From assembly GCA_016938065.1 (NCBI GenBank), contig JAFGVI010000026.1, positions 13,904 through 77,903 of the forward strand: a stretch of DNA of 64,000 nucleotides. The letters are read 5' to 3'. The translations under genes and the position numbers were made by a program. Below are positions 58,079-64,000 of this stretch, in pieces. This DNA comes from Deltaproteobacteria bacterium (GTDB lineage: Bacteria; Desulfobacterota; Anaeroferrophillalia; Anaeroferrophillales; Tharpellaceae). The notes below the pieces were generated by a model. That model saw only the letters and a program-made list of their open reading frames with translations, was not told the origin of the DNA and did no database searches. How positions within the stretch are numbered: position 1 is the first letter of the stretch; each line of letters starts with the position of its first letter.

Positions 58079-59275
58079 ATGCTGACGCTATCGACCCGTG
58101 TAAAAGAGATCAAACCCTCCCCGACCCTGGCGATTACCGCCAAAGCCAAGGCTCTGCAGGATGCCGGCGTTGATGTGGTTAATTTCGGTGCCGGAGAGCC
58201 CGATTTCGACACCCCGGAGAACATTAAAGAGGCCGGAATCAAGGCGATTCGCGATGGTTTTACCAACTATACCCCGGTCCCCGGCATCCCCAAACTCAAA
58301 CAGGCGATTGCGGCCAAGTTGAAACGGGAGAACAATCTTGATTATCAGGAGAATGAAATCATCGTCTCCTGCGGCGGCAAACACTCCTTTTACAATCTTG
58401 CCCAGGCCCTGCTTGATCCCGGCGACGAAGTTATTATTCAAGCCCCCTACTGGGTCTCCTATCCGCCGATGGTCTCCCTTGCGGATGGCGTGCCGGTAGT
58501 GCTGGAAACCTCCGAGGCTGAAGCGTTTAAACTTTCCCCGGAACGTCTGCAGGCGGCCATTACGAAAAAAACCCGCGCCGTCGTGATCAATTCACCCTCC
58601 AATCCGACGGGTGCGGCCTACACCTGGGAGGAGCTTCAGGCTCTGGCTGAAGTGGTGGTCAGAAACAATATCCTGCTGATCAGTGACGAGATCTATGAGC
58701 ACATCATCTATGACGGTTTTGTTCAGCGCAGTCCCGCCGAGATCAGTCCGGAAGTGAAAGAGCATTGCATTATTCTCAACGGGGTCTCCAAAACCTACTC
58801 GATGACCGGCTGGCGCATCGGTTTTACAGCGGGACCGGCGCCTTTAATCGCGGCAATGACCAAGATTCAGAGCCAGAGCACCTCGAACCCGACCTCGATT
58901 TCGCAGGTTGCCGCCGTTGAAGCTTACAACGGTCCCCAGGATTATGTCAAAAATGTCCTGGTCGATTTTACCGAACGTCGTGATTATATCGTCAAAACTT
59001 TAAATACCATTCCCGGCATCACCTGTTTTAATCCGCAAGGAGCCTTTTACGCTTTTCCCAGCATCAAAGGTTTGCTGGGAAAAACCTGCAAAGGGCGAAA
59101 GATTGATTCAGATCTGACCCTCTGCGATCTGCTGCTTGACGAGGCCAAGATTGCCGCAGTACCGGGTGAAGCTTTTGGCGCCCCCGGCTATCTGCGTCTC
59201 TCTTATGCCACCTCAATGGAAAACATCATCAAAGGTCTTGACCGTTTAGCGGAATTTGTTAAAGGTCTTGCATAA
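58079..59275 (+). CDS. aspC: Aspartate/aromatic aminotransferase (class I PLP)
   Basis: 398 aa. SKTYSMTGWRIG PLP-lysine motif. Confidence 0.8.
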   Translation: MLTLSTRVKEIKPSPTLAITAKAKALQDAGVDVVNFGAGEPDFDTPENIKEAGIKAIRDGFTNYTPVPGIPKLKQAIAAKLKRENNLDYQENEIIVSCGGKHSFYNLAQALLDPGDEVIIQAPYWVSYPPMVSLADGVPVVLETSEAEAFKLSPERLQAAITKKTRAVVINSPSNPTGAAYTWEELQALAEVVVRNNILLISDEIYEHIIYDGFVQRSPAEISPEVKEHCIILNGVSKTYSMTGWRIGFTAGPAPLIAAMTKIQSQSTSNPTSISQVAAVEAYNGPQDYVKNVLVDFTERRDYIVKTLNTIPGITCFNPQGAFYAFPSIKGLLGKTCKGRKIDSDLTLCDLLLDEAKIAAVPGEAFGAPGYLRLSYATSMENIIKGLDRLAEFVKGLA

Positions 59276-59299
59276 CTGTTAAATTTATCGGATTTCTCA

Positions 59300-59346
59300 A
59301 ACACGAAACCGACGAAGCTGCTGTTCGTCGGTTTCGTGTTTTTCTT
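59300..59346 (+). terminator. Rho-independent terminator after aspC
   Basis: Perfect 17-bp stem AACACGAAACCGACGAA / TTCGTCGGTTTCGTGTT, 7-nt loop, followed by TTTT. Confidence 0.75.
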
Positions 59347-59366
59347 GAAAGCATAAGCGGACAATC

Positions 59367-61382
59367 ATGATTACAGTTACCAATCTCAGTAAAAGTTATG
59401 GCGGCCAGAACCTTTTTTCCGATGTCAGTCTGCAGTTTGACCCCGGCAACCGCTACGGCATCGTCGGTCCCAACGGAGCCGGGAAATCGACCTTTCTGAG
59501 AATCCTCTGCGGCCTGGAAAGCGCCGACAAGGGGTCTGTCAGTCTGCCGGCCAAAATCAAGGTCGGAACCCTGAATCAGGATCACTTTGCCTTTGAAAAT
59601 GAGCTGTTAACCGATGTCGTCATGCAGGGTCTGCCGGAGCTCTTTACGGCCTTTGCCGAAAAGGAGCTGGTTCTGGCTCAGCCGGAGCCCTCACCGGAAC
59701 GGATTATTGAACTTGAAGAGATCATTCATCATTACGACGGCTATCAGGCCGAAAGCCGGATCGCCCAGATGCTGGAAGGCCTGGGCATTGCCACCATATA
59801 CCATAACCAGCCGATGCAGGTTCTCTCCGGCGGCTACAAACTCAGGGTGCTGCTGGCTCAGTGTCTCTTCAGTCAGCCTGAAGTCCTGCTTCTGGATGAA
59901 CCGACCAACCACCTTGATATCATGTCGGTGCGTTGGCTGGAGGATTATCTGGTTGACTATAAAGGCACCCTGATTGTGGTCTCTCACGATCGAGATTTCA
60001 TCAACCGGGTCTCCACCCATATTGCCGACATCGACTATCAGACCATCAAAATCTACCCCGGCAACTACGATTACTACCTGAAGGCCCGTGAGCTTGAGGA
60101 TCTGCAGCGGCGGCAGGAATCCGACAAAGCCGAAAAAAAGATGGGTGAGCTCCAGACCTTTGTCACCCGTTTTAAAGGCAAAGCCAGCAAAGCCCGCCAG
60201 GCCCAGAGCAAGATGAAGCAGATTGTCCGCATGGAAAAAGATCTGGTCAAGCCCCTCTACTCCTCCCGGGCCCACCCCCGCATCTCTTTTACCTGCTGTC
60301 GACCTTCGGGCAAAACCGTGCTTGAGGTTAACGGTGTGAGCAAAGCCTACGGGAACAAGAGAGTTCTGCACGAAGTCTCTTTTACCGTCAACAAGGGTGA
60401 GCGGCTGGCGGTTATCGGTCCCAACGGCATCGGCAAATCAACCCTTTTAAAGATCATTATGGGAGAACTTGAGGCCGATCAGGGTACGACAACCTGGGGC
60501 TATGAAACCTATCCCGAATATTTTTCCCAGGATCATCGGGAGCTGATTCCCAAAAATTCCACCCCGTATGAATATCTCTACAGCTACGGCCCGGGTGAGA
60601 GTATCGGCACAATCCGCGGCCAGCTCGGCAATCTTCTCTTTTCCGGAGATGATGTGCATAAAACTACCGCCGCTCTCTCCGGCGGTGAGGCCGCCCGGCT
60701 CATCATCGCCAAGCTGGTGTTAAAAAAAGGCAATGTCATGGTTCTTGATGAACCAACCAACCATCTTGATCTGGAGTCGATTGAAACCTTTATCAATGCC
60801 CTGGTCAAGTTTGACGGAACCATTATCTTTGTCAGCCACAACCGCTACCTCGTCAATCGGCTCGCCACCCGAGTCCTGGAGTTGAAAAGTGATGGTTTTG
60901 ATCTCTTCCCCGGCACTTATGAAGAATATCTTGAACACTTAGGCCACGACCATTTGAGTGGCGCAGTGCCGGCGAAACAGAAAATAACCCGCATGCGGGA
61001 GGTTAAAGAAGAAAAAGAGGAACCTGCGGAAAACCGCCCGCTTCCAAACAGCACTAGGCGCCAAAACGACAGCATGCCTCAAGCAACCGTCAGACCGCAG
61101 ATTCAGGATAAAACCCAGCGCAAAAAGATCAACAACCGGCTCAGACCTTTAAAAAAAGAGAGCGCTGAAGCCGAAGCTCTCTGCGAGGTGCTGGAAAAGG
61201 AGAATGAAAATTTCAACCTGCTCTTCTCGCAGCCGGAGTACTATTCCCAGACCGCGCCTGAATTAATCAAAAAACAGGCGGCCGCTAAAAAAGAGTGCGA
61301 AGAGAAACTGGCTTGGGCTTATCGTAAATGGGAAAAACTCAACCAGGAGATCGAAGCTCTGCAGCAGGAACTCGAAACATAA
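59367..61382 (+). CDS. ABC-F family ATPase (two ABC domains + C-terminal coiled coil; Uup/YheS-like)
   Basis: 671 aa. Two Walker A motifs (GPNGAGKST, GPNGIGKST), two LSGG signatures and a basic/coiled-coil C-terminus. Confidence 0.8.
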   Translation: MITVTNLSKSYGGQNLFSDVSLQFDPGNRYGIVGPNGAGKSTFLRILCGLESADKGSVSLPAKIKVGTLNQDHFAFENELLTDVVMQGLPELFTAFAEKELVLAQPEPSPERIIELEEIIHHYDGYQAESRIAQMLEGLGIATIYHNQPMQVLSGGYKLRVLLAQCLFSQPEVLLLDEPTNHLDIMSVRWLEDYLVDYKGTLIVVSHDRDFINRVSTHIADIDYQTIKIYPGNYDYYLKARELEDLQRRQESDKAEKKMGELQTFVTRFKGKASKARQAQSKMKQIVRMEKDLVKPLYSSRAHPRISFTCCRPSGKTVLEVNGVSKAYGNKRVLHEVSFTVNKGERLAVIGPNGIGKSTLLKIIMGELEADQGTTTWGYETYPEYFSQDHRELIPKNSTPYEYLYSYGPGESIGTIRGQLGNLLFSGDDVHKTTAALSGGEAARLIIAKLVLKKGNVMVLDEPTNHLDLESIETFINALVKFDGTIIFVSHNRYLVNRLATRVLELKSDGFDLFPGTYEEYLEHLGHDHLSGAVPAKQKITRMREVKEEKEEPAENRPLPNSTRRQNDSMPQATVRPQIQDKTQRKKINNRLRPLKKESAEAEALCEVLEKENENFNLLFSQPEYYSQTAPELIKKQAAAKKECEEKLAWAYRKWEKLNQEIEALQQELET

Positions 61383-61891
61383 TGAGTGAATCAATCAGCC
61401 GTTCGCAGAAAAGAATAACCGATCCCGCCCTGCATATTATTCTTTTTGAGCCCGAGATTCCAGCCAACACCGGTAATATCTCAAGGCTCTGCGCCGCAGC
61501 CGAACTGCCCCTGCACCTGATTCATCCTTTGGGCTTCAAAACCGATGACCGCAATCTTAAAAGAGCCGGTCTCGACTACTGGTCCGAGGTTGATGTCAGA
61601 GAACATGAAACTTTTGCGGCTTTTGTCGATTTCTGGCAAAAGATTACCCCCTCCCCGGCCCCACTTATTGCCTTAAGCGCCAAAGCGCAAAAAAATTATA
61701 ATACAGTAACCGCAATCGCGCCCGGTTTCGGACTCATTTTCGGCCCCGAAACCCGGGGTCTGCCGCAGACCATCCTCGAAACCTACCCCAGCTGTACCGT
61801 TCCCATGTGGGGCAAAGTCAGAAGCCTCAATCTTTCGACCACCGTCGGCATCGTCGCCTACCATTTTTTGCAGCAGTTAAAAGTTTTTTAA
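61382..61891 (+). CDS. trmL: tRNA (cytidine/uridine34-2'-O)-methyltransferase (SpoU family)
   Basis: MSESISRSQKRITDPALHIILFEPEIPANTGNISRLCAA. The ATG overlaps the abcF TAA (taATG). Confidence 0.8.
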   Translation: MSESISRSQKRITDPALHIILFEPEIPANTGNISRLCAAAELPLHLIHPLGFKTDDRNLKRAGLDYWSEVDVREHETFAAFVDFWQKITPSPAPLIALSAKAQKNYNTVTAIAPGFGLIFGPETRGLPQTILETYPSCTVPMWGKVRSLNLSTTVGIVAYHFLQQLKVF

Positions 61892-62063
61892 GCAGTTAAA
61901 TGGCATCCGAGGACAGAATAATTTTCACACAGTGCCTCAGTCTGGGAATCCCACCAGGTAGGCAATAGAGAAAATTTAACCTGTCTCCCGGTGTTGATTG
62001 TGAAAAAAATTCAGTCCCCTGCAATTTTTTCATTAAGCTGAATAGTTACAAAAAAACGTTCTC

Positions 62064-62077
62064 TTGACTTAGGTCAA
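62064..62077 (+). promoter_or_regulatory. FNR/CRP-family palindromic operator candidate (HcpR-like) upstream of hcp
   Basis: TTGAC-TTAG-GTCAA perfect inverted repeat about 105 bp upstream of the hcp ATG. A second TTGAC half-site is at 62126-62130. Confidence 0.45.
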
Positions 62078-62181
62078 AGATAAAAGGCCGGCTTTCCTCT
62101 AAATAGAGATTAAAGTAATCAAGATTGACAAATTAGATAGCCTTAACCCGGAAAACTCAACCTTAAAAGAGGAGATCAGTT

Positions 62182-63846
62182 ATGTTCTGTTTTCAATGTC
62201 AGGAGACCGCAAAAAATCAGGGTTGCACCATTAAGGGTGTCTGCGGCAAGCCGGAAGAGACCGCGAATCTGCAGGATCTTTTAATTCATACCTTGAAAGG
62301 TATCGCCGTTTACGGTGAGAAATTGAAAGAGTTTAATATCATCGATAAAGAGACCTCCCTCTTTACGGCCAAGGCCCTCTTTACCACGATCACCAATGTC
62401 AACTGGGATGATCAGAGCCTGTGTGACTTCATCAAGGAAGCTTTACAACGGCGTAACCAGTTACGCGATAAATTCATCTCAGCCTACAAAGCTGAAAATG
62501 GTCAGGACTTTACCGGGGCGCTGCCGGATGCCGCCACCTGGTTTTCTGCTGATACGACCGTCTTTGCTGAAAAGGCCAAAAGCGTTGGCGTCCTCGCCAC
62601 CGAAAACGAAGATGTCCGCTCTCTGCGCGAGCTTTTGATTATCGGCCTCAAAGGGGTTGCCGCTTACGCCGACCACGCCGCCATTTTAGGTTTTGAAGAT
62701 GAGGCTATCTACGCCTTCATCATGGAGGCCCTGGCCTCAACCACGAAAAATCTTTCGGTGGATGAGATGGTCGCTCTGGTTATGAAAACCGGTGAGACCT
62801 CAGTCACCACTATGGCCCTGCTCGATAAAGCCAATACCACGACCTATGGTAATCCGGAACTTTCCGAGGTCAATCTCGGGGTGCGCAACAATCCCGGCAT
62901 CCTCATCAGCGGCCATGACTTAAAGGATATGGAAGAGCTTCTTAAACAGACCCAAGGCACCGGCGTCGACGTCTATACCCACGGCGAGATGCTGCCCTGC
63001 AACTACTATCCGGCCTTTAAAAAATATGACCATCTCGTCGGCAACTACGGCGGTTCCTGGTGGCATCAGAATACGGAGTTTGAATCTTTCAACGGCCCCA
63101 TCCTCCTGACCACCAACTGCCTGGTGCCCTTAAAGAAAGAGAACACCTATCTGGATCGTCTCTTTACCACAGGGGTAGTCGGCTATGTCGGCGCCGCTCA
63201 TATCGCCGACCGTCCCGCCGGCGGCACTAAAGATTTTTCCGCCATTATCGAGCGGGCAAAAAAGTGTGCTGCTCCGACCGAGATCGAAACCGGTAAAATC
63301 GTCGGCGGCTTTGCCCATAATCAGGTTCTGGCTCTGGCCGACAAAGTGGTTGCTGCGGTCAAGTCGGGCGCCATTAAACGTTTTGTCGTCATGGCCGGTT
63401 GCGACGGCCGCCAGAAATCAAGAGCCTACTTTACTGAAGTCGCCGAAAAGCTGCCGCAGGATACCGTAATTTTAACCGCCGGCTGCGCCAAATATCGCTA
63501 TAATAAACTTGCTTTGGGCGATATCTGCGGCATTCCCAGAATACTTGATGCAGGCCAGTGTAACGACTCCTACTCCTTGGCCGTAATCGCCCTGAAACTG
63601 AAAGAGGTCTTCGGCCTTAAAGATATCAACGAGTTGCCGATCTCTTATGATATCGGCTGGTATGAGCAGAAAGCCGTGGCCGTCCTCCTGGCCCTTCTCT
63701 TTCTCGGCGTCAAAGGCATCCGTTTAGGACCAACCCTGCCCGCCTTCCTCTCCCCGGCCGTGGCGAAAGTTCTGGTCGAAAACTTCAATATCAAAGCGAT
63801 CGACACCGTCGAAAATGATATTGCGGCGATGATGAAGGGTGAATAA
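62182..63846 (+). CDS. hcp: Hydroxylamine reductase (hybrid cluster protein)
   Basis: 554 aa. [17 protein letters not shown]-terminal Cys motif. RBS AGAGGAGA. Confidence 0.9.
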   Translation: MFCFQCQETAKNQGCTIKGVCGKPEETANLQDLLIHTLKGIAVYGEKLKEFNIIDKETSLFTAKALFTTITNVNWDDQSLCDFIKEALQRRNQLRDKFISAYKAENGQDFTGALPDAATWFSADTTVFAEKAKSVGVLATENEDVRSLRELLIIGLKGVAAYADHAAILGFEDEAIYAFIMEALASTTKNLSVDEMVALVMKTGETSVTTMALLDKANTTTYGNPELSEVNLGVRNNPGILISGHDLKDMEELLKQTQGTGVDVYTHGEMLPCNYYPAFKKYDHLVGNYGGSWWHQNTEFESFNGPILLTTNCLVPLKKENTYLDRLFTTGVVGYVGAAHIADRPAGGTKDFSAIIERAKKCAAPTEIETGKIVGGFAHNQVLALADKVVAAVKSGAIKRFVVMAGCDGRQKSRAYFTEVAEKLPQDTVILTAGCAKYRYNKLALGDICGIPRILDAGQCNDSYSLAVIALKLKEVFGLKDINELPISYDIGWYEQKAVAVLLALLFLGVKGIRLGPTLPAFLSPAVAKVLVENFNIKAIDTVENDIAAMMKGE

Positions 63847-63874
63847 GCAAACAACTGATTAATTAATTTACTGA

Positions 63875-63930
63875 AAAAAAGAGCCGTCGGTTTTGGGATT
63901 TATCATCTCAAAAATCGACGGCTCTTTTTT
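63875..63930. terminator. Rho-independent (bidirectional) terminator after hcp
   Basis: AAAAAAGAGCCGTCG ... CGACGGCTCTTTTTT, a 15-bp perfect stem extended by CGGTTTT/AAAATCG, flanked by A- and T-runs. Confidence 0.65.
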
Positions 63931-64000
63931 ATTAATCCGGCAGACAGATTCAAACAGAAGTATGACACGGCGATGATAGATGAAGCGTAAACCCAACCAT

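Noticed and set aside
1-64000. CRISPR arrays, tRNA/rRNA genes, IS elements, integrases
   Set aside because: No regularly spaced direct repeats with unique spacers, no cloverleaf-like GC-rich 75-nt segments flanked by terminators, and no transposase or integrase motifs were seen on either strand.

Overview
The gene content looks like a Desulfuromonadales/Geobacter-type deltaproteobacterial chromosome: a hexaheme c-type cytochrome, (R)-citramalate synthase next to aspartate kinase, FprA, Hcp, CooT and a GH57 glucanotransferase. I did not search any database, so this taxonomic placement is inference only. The window is densely coding (about 70 CDS on both strands) and mostly housekeeping. Recognisable blocks include coaBC plus a family-4 UDG, pdxJ-acpS, galE, thrC, hemE, trpS, rluB, coaD, recJ, lapA-lapB, pyrK-pyrD, cimA-lysC, ilvE, rimO, tatBC, the rpsB-tsf-pyrH-frr block, ribF, hflKC, aspC, an ABC-F ATPase, trmL and hcp. 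I found no rRNA, tRNA, CRISPR array, IS element or prophage.

The strongest non-obvious signal is a recoding event on the minus strand at 8582-8905. An IscA/HesB-type A-type Fe-S carrier gene is interrupted by an in-frame TGA (8807-8809) exactly where the first conserved cluster-ligand Cys of the GGGCSG motif belongs. A SECIS-like hairpin with a GGUC apical loop sits 15 nt downstream. This is a selenocysteine-containing HesB-like protein that six-frame ORF calling splits into fragments.

Other points worth a second look:
- A three-gene insertion (DUF1796 papain-like, GPAT/LPLAT-like acyltransferase, MetE/UroD-like TIM-barrel) sits inside the pdxJ-acpS operon.
- An orphan CooT nickel-chaperone-like gene and a PxxKW-like cysteine-rich small protein are present.
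- An FNR/CRP-type palindrome TTGAC-N4-GTCAA lies upstream of hcp, and a promoter-spanning inverted repeat lies upstream of fprA.
- A perfect 17-bp tandem duplication and a repeated TATTCATTAAT motif lie upstream of the hexaheme cytochrome.
- A 3x TTGTCTGA tandem repeat lies in the divergent selenoprotein/galE promoter region.
- Noncoding gaps of about 360 bp (25070-25428) and about 350 bp (55967-56319) are unusually long for this genome.
- Two standalone PilZ receptors flank the pyr genes, with a GGDEF cyclase nearby.
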